A stretch of DNA of 64,000 nucleotides from an uncultured Acidobacteriota bacterium (GTDB taxonomy: Bacteria > Acidobacteriota > Vicinamibacteria > Vicinamibacterales > UBA8438): positions 32,001-96,000 of the forward strand of contig CAJWLU010000009.1 in assembly GCA_913043225.1 (NCBI GenBank), written 5' to 3'. How positions within the stretch are numbered: position 1 is the first letter of the stretch; every line of letters starts with the position of its first letter. The position numbers and the translations under genes are program-made. Under the pieces are notes generated by a model, which did no database searches, was not told the origin of the DNA, and was given only the letters and a program-made list of their open reading frames with translations. Below, piece after piece: positions 17,457 to 27,786 of the stretch.

Positions 17457-19781
17457 CTACGCTGCGGATGTGCGCCGGCGACGGCGCGTGGGGTCAATGA
17501 AAACGCCGTCGCCGAGCGGACGGTAGCCGAGTGCCTCGACCACGGCGGCCAGGTCTTCGCCCTGGCACGAGAGTCGGTCGCACAGCTGCAGGTCGGGCGT
17601 GAACGACCCGCGTCGAGCCGAGTGGTGCAGGATGCGGCTGATCTTCTCCAGCACGTCTGTTCGGACCGCCAGGCGGCCGAGGCGCGGAAACCCGATGGCT
17701 TCGTAGTAGTCGGCGTGGACCGCCGCGTCGGCCTTACCCGAGACCGCGGTGAAGTCTTCAACCGCGACACCCCAAAAGGCGTTGGCCAGCGCCAAGCGCC
17801 GCGCGATGGCGCTCGGCTTGAGAGCCGAGGCCAGGAACACGTAGCGATACCCCAGTCGCACCCCGAACCGCTCCAGCCCCTTCCGCTCGTCTGCCGACAG
17901 TGCGCGCACCTGCTCCCTCGCCGATTCGGTGGAAATGGTGCCGAGCCCCTGTTCCAGTTGATACAGCAGGCCTCGGACTGCGGGGCTGGTGTCGGCGAGT
18001 CGGTCGGTGCGTAACGGAGCGATCACTTCCCCTACCAGGTCGCGGCCTGCGGCAACCAGGCGGCGCTGTACCTGGCGGCCCAGCCCGCGCGACAGATCCA
18101 GTGTCGGGTTGACGGCGATCGTTGGGCGCAGGAGGTCGTCGCCTCGGCCGAGACGCCCTACCTGGTGCTGGCCGAATGTGATGGAGCCGGTCGGTGCGAA
18201 GGTCAGCTGGTCGTGCGGTGCGTCGATCAGGTCTTCCAGCCAGTTCGGCGTTCGCGCGGCTGACGCCGCCGGTGTCGCCAGCTCGGCCAGCACCGCGAAC
18301 GGGCTGCCGGGGCGCGGCGTCATGTGGTCGACATGTACGTCGACGTGGGCGCGCCGGCGGGTCACGAACCGTTCGACCAGCTGTTCGTGGAGCGCGTCGC
18401 TTAGTTTGTCTTCGATGGCCCGGGTACGCGCACGCCAGTTCTTTGGGTCAGGAACCCAGGCTGGCCGGTGCGCCACGTAGGTCCAGGTGCGAATGAATGC
18501 CAGCCGCGTCAGCAGGTCATCGATAGCGCCGGTCACGTTGTCGAGAGGAGCGATCCGGCGCTCGAGCCAGTCGGCGCTCAGCGTACCGCGCTCGCTTGCC
18601 AGTTGGCGGTAGATGTCGCCCAGAATAGCCACGTGGTCCTCGAGCACCAGCTGGCGGTAGTCGGGAATCTGACACACATCCCAGAGCAGGCGGACGGCGC
18701 CTTCGCCCTCGACACGAGGGCGAATGACCGGATCCCTGGCCAGACCGCGCAGGGCATCTGTATCCGCGGCCCGAGCCGTCAGGCGGAACTCCGGGCGGTC
18801 GGGTCGGCGCTCAAGCGAGGCCACGAGACCCTCGACCGATGAGAGGTCGAGGTCTCGGTTGCGCCACATCACCCGTTTGGCGGCAGGGAAGTGGTGCTCC
18901 TCGATGGCGGTGACCAAGGCCGGTGGCAGGGTGTCAGCGGGTGCGAGGGTGCCGAACGTACCGTCGTTTAGGTGCCGTCCGGCGCGGCCCGCGATCTGCC
19001 CGAGCTCGACCCGGTCGAGGTTCCGGCTCCCTCGTCCATCGAACTTCCGGAGTTCGGCAAACGCGACATGGTCGATGTCGAGGTTCAGCCCCATGCCGAT
19101 GGCGTCGGTGGCCACCAAATAGTCCACTTCGCCGCTCTGATAGAGAGCCACTTGGGCGTTTCGGGTCCGAGGCGACAGCGCGCCGAGCACTACCGCGGCT
19201 CCGCCGCGACGGGCGCGAACCCGGTCGGCCAGTTCCCAGACTCGGGCCATCGAGAACGCCACGATGGTGGTCCGGGGTGGCAGGCCGCTGACCTTGAGCT
19301 GACCCCGGTGCTTCAGTGTTGAGAGACGGGTGTGACTCTTGATCCTCGCGTCTGGCATCAGGGCCGCTACGAGCGGCCGCAATGTGTTCGCCCCAAGGAA
19401 CCAGGTCTCTTTCCGGCCGCGCGCGTGGAGCAGTCGGTCGGTGAACACATGGCCACGCTCGATGTGGGTCGCTAGCTGGATCTCGTCAACCGCGAGAAAG
19501 TCGACCTTGCGGTCGAGCGGCATCGCCTCGACGGTGCACACCCAGTAGCGGGGATGGTGCGGCACCCGCTTCTCTTCACCAGTGATGAGGGCAACCGCCT
19601 GTTCGCCGGCCCGCACGCTGAGTCGGTCGTAGACCTCCCTGGCCAGCAGCCGCAGTGGCAGGCCGATCATGCCGGTCTGGTATTCCAGCAGCCGCTCCAC
19701 CGCGCGGTGGGTCTTGCCGGTATTGGTCGGACCGAGCAGGGCGACGAGCTCCGACGCGGATGAGGAATGGTGGGTGGACAC
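17457..19781 (-). CDS. SUV3-like superfamily 2 helicase
   Basis: Walker A GPTNTGKT, CTVEAM, Walker B DEIQ, ATDAIGMGLNL, QIAGRAGR. Confidence 0.88.
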   Translation of the reverse strand: MSTHHSSSASELVALLGPTNTGKTHRAVERLLEYQTGMIGLPLRLLAREVYDRLSVRAGEQAVALITGEEKRVPHHPRYWVCTVEAMPLDRKVDFLAVDEIQLATHIERGHVFTDRLLHARGRKETWFLGANTLRPLVAALMPDARIKSHTRLSTLKHRGQLKVSGLPPRTTIVAFSMARVWELADRVRARRGGAAVVLGALSPRTRNAQVALYQSGEVDYLVATDAIGMGLNLDIDHVAFAELRKFDGRGSRNLDRVELGQIAGRAGRHLNDGTFGTLAPADTLPPALVTAIEEHHFPAAKRVMWRNRDLDLSSVEGLVASLERRPDRPEFRLTARAADTDALRGLARDPVIRPRVEGEGAVRLLWDVCQIPDYRQLVLEDHVAILGDIYRQLASERGTLSADWLERRIAPLDNVTGAIDDLLTRLAFIRTWTYVAHRPAWVPDPKNWRARTRAIEDKLSDALHEQLVERFVTRRRAHVDVHVDHMTPRPGSPFAVLAELATPAASAARTPNWLEDLIDAPHDQLTFAPTGSITFGQHQVGRLGRGDDLLRPTIAVNPTLDLSRGLGRQVQRRLVAAGRDLVGEVIAPLRTDRLADTSPAVRGLLYQLEQGLGTISTESAREQVRALSADERKGLERFGVRLGYRYVFLASALKPSAIARRLALANAFWGVAVEDFTAVSGKADAAVHADYYEAIGFPRLGRLAVRTDVLEKISRILHHSARRGSFTPDLQLCDRLSCQGEDLAAVVEALGYRPLGDGVFIDPTRRRRRTSAA

Positions 19782-19878
19782 AACGACGCCTACCGTGAAC
19801 CTGATTGGTAGCTTACAGCGAGTTCACCGGATCCGTCGGATTGCTGGCGACACCTGCTGGCGATAGGATCACCGCATC

Positions 19879-21237
19879 ATGCCGAGACATTTTCTTCGCA
19901 TTCTGCTCGTGGCCGTGGCGCTGCTGGCCGCCGTTGCGACTCTGTCAGCCGAGGATTGGCCGCAGTGGCGTGGTGCTGACCGGCTGGGCATCTGGCACGA
20001 GACCGGCATCGTCGAGGAGCTCCCTGACGAACTCAAGGTGATCTGGCGCACGCCGATCCGCTCCGGTTATTCGGGGCCGGCGGTGGCTGACGGCAAGATT
20101 TTCATCACGGACTGGGGCGAGGAGGAAGGCAGCCGCACTCTCGACGGTACCGAGCGGGCGCTGGCGCTGGATGAAGAGACCGGTGAGGTGCTGTGGACGC
20201 ATGAATGGCAGACTTCCTATCGGATGCTCTCTGTCAGCTACGCCATCGGTCCCCGCGCGACGCCCACCGTCGACGGCGACCGCGTCTACATGCTGGGTGC
20301 CACCGGACGGCTCTTCTGTCTGTCGGTCGAAACGGGCGAGGTGATCTGGGAAAAGGACTATGTGGCGGAGTACGGCACTAGTGTGCCGGTTTGGGGCATC
20401 GTCAGTGCACCCCTGGTTGACGGCGATCGCTTGATCACGGTGGTGGGCGGCGAGCCGGATGCCCTGGTGATGGCCTTCGACAAGTACACGGGCGAGGAGA
20501 TCTGGCGGGCGATCGAGGTGACCTCAGAGATGGGCTATGCGCAACCGGTCATCTTTGAGGCGGGCGGTGTCCGTCAGCTCATCGTGTGGCACCCGCGGGC
20601 GCTGGCTTCACTCAACCCCGAGACCGGCGAGGTCTACTGGGAGAACGAGTGGGAAGTGTCGATGGGCGTCACCGTCGCTACTCCGGTCAAGAGCGGTGAC
20701 TACCTACTCGTGTCGCAGTTTTTCAACGGCTCACTGATGATGCGGTTCAGCCAGGATCGCCCGGCGGCTACCGAATTGTGGCGCGGCCAGAGCCGGAGCG
20801 AACTGCCGGATCAGACCGACACGATCCATGCGATGGTGACCACGCCGCTCATCATCGATGACCACGTTTACGGCGTCGACAGCTACGGTGAGCTTCGGGG
20901 CCTTGACGCTCGCACCGGCGAGCGGTTGTGGATGAGCCCGGAGATGACTACCCAGGCCCGATGGAGTACTGCGTTCATGGTGCAGCACGGTGATCGCTAT
21001 CTGGTGAACAACGACGACGGGTTCCTGATCTCGGCGCAGTTCACGCCGAACGGGTACGTTGAACTAGATCGCACCCGACTCATCGAGCCGACCTCCGGGT
21101 CTGGCAGCCGCACTCCGCATGGTCGGATTGCCGAGCGACAGGTAAATTGGACGCATCCGGCCTACGCCAACGGGCATATCGTGCACCGTAACGACCGGGA
21201 GATCGTCCGCGTGTCGATGCGGGCGGTTGATTATTGA
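19879..21237 (+). CDS. secreted PQQ-like (BamB/PQQ_2) beta-propeller protein
   Basis: Signal peptide; DWPQWRG, GPRATP and repeated D..TGE.IW motifs. Confidence 0.85.
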   Translation: MPRHFLRILLVAVALLAAVATLSAEDWPQWRGADRLGIWHETGIVEELPDELKVIWRTPIRSGYSGPAVADGKIFITDWGEEEGSRTLDGTERALALDEETGEVLWTHEWQTSYRMLSVSYAIGPRATPTVDGDRVYMLGATGRLFCLSVETGEVIWEKDYVAEYGTSVPVWGIVSAPLVDGDRLITVVGGEPDALVMAFDKYTGEEIWRAIEVTSEMGYAQPVIFEAGGVRQLIVWHPRALASLNPETGEVYWENEWEVSMGVTVATPVKSGDYLLVSQFFNGSLMMRFSQDRPAATELWRGQSRSELPDQTDTIHAMVTTPLIIDDHVYGVDSYGELRGLDARTGERLWMSPEMTTQARWSTAFMVQHGDRYLVNNDDGFLISAQFTPNGYVELDRTRLIEPTSGSGSRTPHGRIAERQVNWTHPAYANGHIVHRNDREIVRVSMRAVDY

Positions 21238-21310
21238 TTGGTGGGACGCAAATCTGTAGGGTGGCAGATGGTGTTTCCGCAGGGTTGGGTCTTTGCCGTC
21301 CGGGATCGGA

Positions 21311-21970
21311 TCACGAGACGAACTGAAACTGCAGATACTTGATGGTGAGCCCCGCGGCTCGAAACCGCTTCTCGTAGCGGGTTTCCAGCGCACCCTGCTC
21401 GTCGGCCAGCCGCGATTGGTGGAGGTCGTCGGTGTAGGCAAGCTGGGCGGCTAACTTGTTCTGGCGGATCAAGCCAAGGGTGTAGTCGAAGAGGCTGGGG
21501 TCGTCAGTCTTGAACCGCACCCAGCCTCCGGGGCCAACCAGGCGCCGGTACATGTCCAGGAACGGCGGGGCAGTGAGCCGGTGCTTAGCCTGCTTGGTCT
21601 TAGGCCGCGGGTCTGGAAACGTTAACCAGAGCGTGTCGATCTCGTCCGGCGCGAAGAAGCGTTCGAGTTCGGTTACGTCGGTTCGGAGAAACGCGACGTT
21701 GGTGAGCTGTTGCTCCAGCGCATAGCGGCCTCCGACGAACATCCGCGCGCCACGTTTGTCCACGCCAACGTGGTTGTGGTCGTGCGCGCGCTCGGCCAGG
21801 GCGGCGGTGAACTCGCCGCTCCCGCAGCCCAGTTCGACGATGAGAGGCCGCGCGTTGCCGAACACGTCGTCGGCCCATCGGCCCCGGAGGGTCTCGTACC
21901 CCGGCTTGCCCTGTTCGAACAGGTTCGACAGGTTGGCGTTGGCGCGGAAACGCTTGAGTTTTTTTCGCAC
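21311..21970 (-). CDS. trmB: tRNA (guanine-N7)-methyltransferase
   Basis: VELGCGSG, FPDPRPK, RL, FKTD and T.YE.RF motifs. Confidence 0.92.
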   Translation of the reverse strand: MRKKLKRFRANANLSNLFEQGKPGYETLRGRWADDVFGNARPLIVELGCGSGEFTAALAERAHDHNHVGVDKRGARMFVGGRYALEQQLTNVAFLRTDVTELERFFAPDEIDTLWLTFPDPRPKTKQAKHRLTAPPFLDMYRRLVGPGGWVRFKTDDPSLFDYTLGLIRQNKLAAQLAYTDDLHQSRLADEQGALETRYEKRFRAAGLTIKYLQFQFVS

Positions 21971-22036
21971 GGTGGGGTCCGCCGCAGTCGGCGACGGTGG
22001 TCTGTCTGGAACCTTGAGCAGCAGTTCGTTAAGCGA

Positions 22037-23020
22037 CTAACCCTTGGGGACCGCGGCTAGCACGACCGCTCCAATGGCCGGCACGTTGTCGGATTCGATG
22101 CCGAGTGGCCACGCGCGGTCGACGGTCAGGCCCTGGGCCTCGACATAGGCGTCGAGCGTGGGCTTCAGCCTTCCGTCTAGCTCCAGGCCCCAGGTCCACG
22201 GCTCGCCATAGAATCCCGACACGGAGCGTCCTGCGGCCAAACCAGCTTTGGTATTGAGCCACTGACGGGTCAAAAGATCAAAGGCGACGCGGCTGCCAGC
22301 GGGAAGCGTGACCACCGCGCGCAGGGTGGCCGCGATCGCGTCGTCGTTCAGATACATTGACACGCCTTCCCATATGACGAACGTGCGACGCGTCCGGTCG
22401 AATCCCTGGCCGTGCAGCGCTTCGAGCCAGGCTTGCTCGGTCAAGTTGCACGTGACGTAGGTGATGCCGGAGGTGTCGAGCCCCGCCGCGTCGACCGCGG
22501 CGCGCTTCACCGCCTGGGTGGCGGCAGTATCCACTTCGAACCAGGGCACAGCTTGGTCAGCCGGCCGGTCGTAGCCCCGCACGTCCCAGCCGGCGCCCAG
22601 GAGTACGACTTGGTCACCGTTGGCCACGTGCTCTTCGAGCGCGTCGTCGATAAGCTTGCACCGAACGCCCATCATATCCGTGAATGTTGCGGGCTTGGGC
22701 GGAGGATACCGCAACAGCCCTGGGAAGAGCTTGCAGATCCAGACGAACGGTGTCATTACCACCGGAGCGAAGCCCCAACTGGTGGCCGGAAGGTGACGAG
22801 TTAGCTCGAGAGCGACTGGGTCGGGTCGAGTCCCACGCAGGTGATAGATCAGCCGCACCTGGAGCGGTTCGTAGGCAGTGCCAGAGACACGCCCCCGCGT
22901 ATCCAGTACCCGCAGCATGTAGATCACCACGCCCACTAGCAAGACGGGCACGTACAGCACAGTGGCTGTGACGAGCAGCGGCGAGAGTAGGACGAGGATG
23001 AAGATGCGGAACAGGCTCAT
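22037..23020 (-). CDS. SAM-dependent methyltransferase, LCM/ML2640-like, with N-terminal membrane anchor
   Basis: R..IDD, QVVLLGAGWDVR, FEVD, WEGVSMYL; hydrophobic first ~40 aa. Confidence 0.85.
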   Translation of the reverse strand: MSLFRIFILVLLSPLLVTATVLYVPVLLVGVVIYMLRVLDTRGRVSGTAYEPLQVRLIYHLRGTRPDPVALELTRHLPATSWGFAPVVMTPFVWICKLFPGLLRYPPPKPATFTDMMGVRCKLIDDALEEHVANGDQVVLLGAGWDVRGYDRPADQAVPWFEVDTAATQAVKRAAVDAAGLDTSGITYVTCNLTEQAWLEALHGQGFDRTRRTFVIWEGVSMYLNDDAIAATLRAVVTLPAGSRVAFDLLTRQWLNTKAGLAAGRSVSGFYGEPWTWGLELDGRLKPTLDAYVEAQGLTVDRAWPLGIESDNVPAIGAVVLAAVPKG

Positions 23021-23226
23021 AAACTCCTCGCGCCCCCGCCAAGCGGGCGAATCGTGCTTTGGTGCACGGGGTCGTCCGACAGAGGCTCTTGAACGTCGGC
23101 CACTCTTGCATACCTCACGGCAAGACGCAAAGGGGGCGACGGTCTCCGAAACCGCTGTGGCGGCTGATTCTGCTCGTGCTATCTTTACCGGTAATTAACG
23201 GTCTGTTTCCCAGGGGAGAGCATCTC

Positions 23227-24192
23227 ATGAAACGCGTACATTCGCTGTTTAGCATGATGATCGTGGCCGCGGGCGTGCTCGCCGTAGCGTCGCCGGTGCT
23301 AGCCCAAGACTCGCCGCGTACAGGCTGGGGCGATCCTGATTTGCAGGGCGTCTGGGATTTCCGGACCATCACACCACTGCAACGTCCGGAGGCGCTGGGC
23401 GAACAGGAGTTTCTGACCGCAGAAGAAGCGGCCGAGCGCGAGGCAGCCGCAGTACAGCGCAACGTCGAGTTATGGGAAGCCGACGCGCGACGGACCGAAG
23501 CGGGTGGCAATGTCGGTGGCTACAACAACTTTTGGATGGACAACGGCACGCGGGTGATCGACCGTACCTCGCTCATCATTGACCCACCAAATGGGCGCTA
23601 TCCCGAGCTGACCGAGGCAGGCGGCGAGCGGGCGCGCATCGACCGTGGTTCCTTTACCGTCGAGTTGCCGACAACCTACACCGACCTTAATACGTACGAT
23701 CGTTGTATTCAGGGCTTTAACGCCGGGCCGCCGATCACGCCTGGCGGCTACAACCAGAACGTGCAGATTTTCCAGACCCCAGACCACCTCGTGATGCTCA
23801 CGGAGATGGTGCACACTACCCGGGTGATTCCACTGGACGGCACGCCGCATCTGACCAACGACGTCCAGCAGTGGTCGGGCGACTCACGCGGCCGCTGGGA
23901 GGGCGACACGCTGGTGGTCGAGACGAAGAACTTCGCGCAGAAGCGGTCTTGGCGTGGCACCACCGACGGGATGACGTTGGTCGAGCGGTTCACACGCGTT
24001 GACGATGGCACGCTCGAGTACGAGTTCACGGTGACCGACCCGGCGACCTGGGAGGTGCCCTGGACGGTGAACCTGCCGATGGTGAAGAACGATCTGCCGA
24101 TGTTCGAGTATGCCTGCCACGAGGGCAACTACTCGATGCCCCAGATGCTCGGTGGCGCGCGCGCTCTCGAGCGCCAGTCAACCGACCAGTAA
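23227..24192 (+). CDS. conserved secreted hypothetical protein ('EYACHEGN' family), copy 2
   Basis: GGAG upstream; signal peptide; WGDPDLQGVW, YNNFW, DRCIQG, WEGDTLVVET, EYACHEGNY. Confidence 0.85.
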   Translation: MKRVHSLFSMMIVAAGVLAVASPVLAQDSPRTGWGDPDLQGVWDFRTITPLQRPEALGEQEFLTAEEAAEREAAAVQRNVELWEADARRTEAGGNVGGYNNFWMDNGTRVIDRTSLIIDPPNGRYPELTEAGGERARIDRGSFTVELPTTYTDLNTYDRCIQGFNAGPPITPGGYNQNVQIFQTPDHLVMLTEMVHTTRVIPLDGTPHLTNDVQQWSGDSRGRWEGDTLVVETKNFAQKRSWRGTTDGMTLVERFTRVDDGTLEYEFTVTDPATWEVPWTVNLPMVKNDLPMFEYACHEGNYSMPQMLGGARALERQSTDQ

Positions 24193-24212
24193 CCGTTCGC
24201 CCGTCGTGGTCG

Positions 24213-24257
24213 AGGGGGCGGTCCGGGGGGAGGACCCTGCCTGGACCGCCCTTTTCT
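24213..24257 (+). terminator. rho-independent terminator
   Basis: Stem GGGCGGTCCGGG / CCTGGACCGCCC followed by TTTTCT. Confidence 0.65.
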
Positions 24258-24275
24258 CGTTTCGTACGACACAGG

Positions 24276-26723
24276 ATGTCCACAGCCGCTACCCAATCTC
24301 GTCTCGGCCGTCGGGAGGCGCTCGGCTTAGCCGAGGGCGCCGACCTCGCGCCGCTGATGCGCCAGGCAGCCGCATGCCGCGACCAGGGGTTCGGCCGGCC
24401 GGTGAGCTACTCGCGCAAGGTCTTTATCCCGCTGACCAAGTTGTGCCGGGACGTGTGCCACTACTGCACGTTCGCCCAGCCGCCCCGACTGGGCGAGCGG
24501 GCCTACCTTACGATTGACGAGGTGCTCGAGGTGGCGCGACGCGGGGTCGCGACGGGCTGTCAGGAAGCGCTCTTCACTCTGGGTGACAAGCCAGAGACTC
24601 GATATCCACAGGCGCGTGACGAGCTGGCGACCCTCGGGCACACATCGACGATCCCCTACCTTATCGAGGTGGCACGGGCCGTCTTCGAGGAGACCGGCCT
24701 GTTGCCGCACGCCAATCCTGGCGTGCTCTCTCGCGCAGAGTTGGAACAGCTGCGCGAGGTGTGTCCGTCGCAGGGGCTGATGCTGGAAAGTCTCTCGCGC
24801 CGGCTCCTGGAACCGGGACAGGCGCACCATGGGTCGCCTGATAAGGAACCTGAGGCGCGGCTCGAGACCATCCGTCTGGCCGGGGAGCTGGCGATTCCGT
24901 TTACCTCGGGCATCCTGATCGGCATCGGTGAGACTCGCGAAGAGCGGATCGACTCGCTCCTGGCACTGCGCGACCTCCACGACCAGTACGGGCATCTACA
25001 GGAGCTGATCATCCAGAACTTCCGGGCTAAGCCGGACACCCGGATGGTGGACGCGCCAGAGCCGGATCTCGACGATCTGCTGTGGACGATCTCGACCGCT
25101 CGGCTGCTCTTCGGGCCGGAGATGGCGATTCAGGCGCCGCCGAATCTGTCGCCAGACACCTTCGGCACGCTGATTCAGGCCGGCATCAACGACTGGGGAG
25201 GCGTGTCGCCGGTGACTCCCGACCATGTCAACCCTGAAGCGCCGTGGCCTCATCTCGAGCGATTGGCGGTGGAGACCGAGCGGCAGGGCAAGGTCCTGAC
25301 CCAGCGGCTGGCCGTCTATCCGTCCTACGTGCGTCAACTGGAACGCTGGGTAGCGCCTGGGTTCCACAGTGCCGTCTGGCAGGCGTCTGACGGGGAAGGG
25401 TTTGCACGCGACGGCGCTTGGGCGCCGGGCGACCCGGACGCCGAGCTACCGCAAGAGTACCTGGCACGCCTCGACCGGGACGAAACCCCCACCGCCGCGC
25501 CCCAGATGCGGGCGCTGGTGGAGAAGGCGCTCAAGGGGGGCGGGTTGAGGGAGCCGGAGATTGCGACCCTCTTCACCGCGCGCGGAGATGACCTGGTGGC
25601 CGTGGTGCGAGCGGCCGACGCACTCCGCCGCGAGGTCTGCGGCGACGACGTGACCTACGTGGTCAACCGCAACATCAATTACACGAACGTGTGCTACTTC
25701 AAGTGCCAGTTCTGCGCTTTCTCTAAGGGCAAGCTGAGCGAGAACTTGCGGGGGGCGCCCTACGATCTCGACCTGACGGAGATCGCGCGTCGAACCGAGG
25801 AGGCCTGGGAGCGTGGTGCCACCGAAGTCTGCATGCAGGGGGGCATCCATCCGGAGTACACCGGTGAGACCTACCTCGACATCTGTCGGACGGTAAAGGC
25901 CGCCGTGCCTGATATGCACGTCCATGCCTTTTCGCCGCTCGAAGTGTGGCAGGGAGCCGCCACTCTAGAGCTGCCGCTTGCCGACTACCTTGGTCGGTTG
26001 AAGGCCGAGGGGCTCGGCACGTTGCCCGGTACAGCGGCCGAGGTGCTGCACGACGAAGTACGCGCGGATCTGTGCCCAGACAAGCTGTCGGCGGCGCAGT
26101 GGCTGCAGGTGATGGAGGCGGCCCACGGCGTGGGATTCCGGACCACGGCCACCATTATGTACGGCCACATCGACAGACCCGAACACTGGGCCCGGCACCT
26201 GGCCAGCATCCGGGCGCTCCAGGAGCGGACCGGTGGCTTCACCGAGTTCGTGCCGCTGCCGTTCGTGCACATGGAGGCGCCGATCTACCTGAAGGGGAAT
26301 GCCCGCCGCGGGCCGACGTTCCGCGAATCGCTGCTCATGCACGCCGTGGCCCGTCTGTCGCTGCATCCTCTTATTCCGAACATCCAGGCATCGTGGGTGA
26401 AGATGGGGTCCCGCGGCGTGCGTGCCTGTCTCGAGGCGGGCGTGAACGACCTGGGCGGGACGCTCATGAACGAGAGCATCACGCGCGCCGCTGGCGCCGG
26501 GTTCGGGCAGGAATTGCCGCCGGCCGAGATGGAGGCGGTCATCGTGTCCGCCGGGCGACGTGCCCGGCAGCGTACAACGAGCTATGGAGAGCCGCCGGCC
26601 GAGCAGGTTGCCCGGTCGTTCGAAGCGGTGGCGCTGGTGCCGGTCGTGCAGACCCCGGCCCCGGGGTGGGCGCGGGCGGGCACGAGTGACACACTGGTCA
26701 GACCTGGACTCGAAGGAGGGTAG
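24276..26723 (+). CDS. fbiC: bifunctional FO (7,8-didemethyl-8-hydroxy-5-deazariboflavin) synthase, CofG-CofH fusion
   Basis: Two radical SAM motifs (CRDVCHYC, CYFKCQFC); YSRKVFIPLT, NDWGGVSPVTPDHVNPEAPWP, VTYVVNRNINYTN, NIQASWVK, NDLGGTLMNESI. Confidence 0.93.
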   Translation: MSTAATQSRLGRREALGLAEGADLAPLMRQAAACRDQGFGRPVSYSRKVFIPLTKLCRDVCHYCTFAQPPRLGERAYLTIDEVLEVARRGVATGCQEALFTLGDKPETRYPQARDELATLGHTSTIPYLIEVARAVFEETGLLPHANPGVLSRAELEQLREVCPSQGLMLESLSRRLLEPGQAHHGSPDKEPEARLETIRLAGELAIPFTSGILIGIGETREERIDSLLALRDLHDQYGHLQELIIQNFRAKPDTRMVDAPEPDLDDLLWTISTARLLFGPEMAIQAPPNLSPDTFGTLIQAGINDWGGVSPVTPDHVNPEAPWPHLERLAVETERQGKVLTQRLAVYPSYVRQLERWVAPGFHSAVWQASDGEGFARDGAWAPGDPDAELPQEYLARLDRDETPTAAPQMRALVEKALKGGGLREPEIATLFTARGDDLVAVVRAADALRREVCGDDVTYVVNRNINYTNVCYFKCQFCAFSKGKLSENLRGAPYDLDLTEIARRTEEAWERGATEVCMQGGIHPEYTGETYLDICRTVKAAVPDMHVHAFSPLEVWQGAATLELPLADYLGRLKAEGLGTLPGTAAEVLHDEVRADLCPDKLSAAQWLQVMEAAHGVGFRTTATIMYGHIDRPEHWARHLASIRALQERTGGFTEFVPLPFVHMEAPIYLKGNARRGPTFRESLLMHAVARLSLHPLIPNIQASWVKMGSRGVRACLEAGVNDLGGTLMNESITRAAGAGFGQELPPAEMEAVIVSAGRRARQRTTSYGEPPAEQVARSFEAVALVPVVQTPAPGWARAGTSDTLVRPGLEGG

Positions 26724-26725
26724 GC

Positions 26726-27247
26726 GTGGCTAAGAGATCGACTAGCGGGCCGAAGATCCTCGTGTCTGCGCTGATGGTGGGCGTAATCGCCGTTGGCGTA
26801 CTGGGCTTCTCGGCGGTCTGTCCCTGTGAACGAACCCCGGGGATGTATCTCTTTGGGAGTGCGGCCGACGGCTCGGTGTCCGACTGGACCTTTGCCAATG
26901 ATGTCACGCTCTGTCAGATCCAGATCCTGGCGGGTATCCGGCCGCATTCGATCAACCTGAACTGCATGGCCGATCCGGAAGGCCGGCTGTATCTGAGCTG
27001 TTCGCAGTGTGACGGCAAGTACTGGTCGGTGCGTGCTGCCAACGATGGCTGGGCTCGCCTGCGCCTCGACGGCATCGTCTATCCCATCCAACTTACTCGA
27101 GTGATGGACCCCGTCGAACTCGATCGGGCCTGGCTCGCACGCGTCACCAAGCTAAACGCGTTGGAGGCCCCAGCCAACGGCGCCCCGCCCCCTGGCACGC
27201 CGCGGCCCGATCACTGGTGGTCGTTCCGCGTCGAGTCGCGTTCCTAG
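26726..27247 (+). CDS. Cys-rich membrane-anchored hypothetical protein (possible split beta-barrel)
   Basis: AGGAGG RBS; starts 2 nt after the fbiC stop; N-terminal TM segment; CPC, CxxC and W...ARLRLDG..YP pattern. Confidence 0.7.
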   Translation: MAKRSTSGPKILVSALMVGVIAVGVLGFSAVCPCERTPGMYLFGSAADGSVSDWTFANDVTLCQIQILAGIRPHSINLNCMADPEGRLYLSCSQCDGKYWSVRAANDGWARLRLDGIVYPIQLTRVMDPVELDRAWLARVTKLNALEAPANGAPPPGTPRPDHWWSFRVESRS

Positions 27248-27786
27248 CTCCGTGCCGTCGCGGTCGCGCGGTCGATGATCGAAACGACTGTCGATACGGT
27301 GAGGGCGTGGGCGACGAGTTCTGTCGCCGAGGTCAGGAGGGTCGACGCGAGCGGGATTGGGACCAAATTCGCCAGGTCGACTAGTGCCACGCCACACAGC
27401 GGGACGAAGTAGAGCACGCCGTTCCAGCGGCCGAGGGTGCTCATCCTGAGCTGTTTCTGCCGGTGCACCACGTAGGAATCGAATACGTACTGGCCGAAGG
27501 CCGCGACGATCAGTGCCGGTAGCACCATCGGGACGCGAGCAGCCAGGGCGGCGCCGGCCAGACCTCCACTGACGAACAGGCAGTCCGTGCTGTGGTCGAA
27601 TAGCATCCCGCCCGCCGTAGCGGTGCCTTGGTGCCGCGCGACTTTCCCGTCGAGCAGGTCGGTCACGATGGCGAGCACGATGAGACCGGCCACCGTAGTT
27701 GGGTGGAGGGTGTCGGGTCGCGCGAAGGCGATCGCGACCGGCGCTATCGCCAGCAGGCGCGCGCTGGTTAAGAGGTGAGCCGTCAC
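27244..27786 (-). CDS. CDP-alcohol phosphatidyltransferase
   Basis: Signature TDLLDGKVAR...G.LFD..TD; hydrophobic. Confidence 0.88.
   Translation of the reverse strand: MTAHLLTSARLLAIAPVAIAFARPDTLHPTTVAGLIVLAIVTDLLDGKVARHQGTATAGGMLFDHSTDCLFVSGGLAGAALAARVPMVLPALIVAAFGQYVFDSYVVHRQKQLRMSTLGRWNGVLYFVPLCGVALVDLANLVPIPLASTLLTSATELVAHALTVSTVVSIIDRATATARS

Noticed and set aside
17361..18014. 217-aa plus-strand ORF after the cupredoxin fusion
   Set aside because: Antisense to the helicase C-terminus, with no recognisable features.
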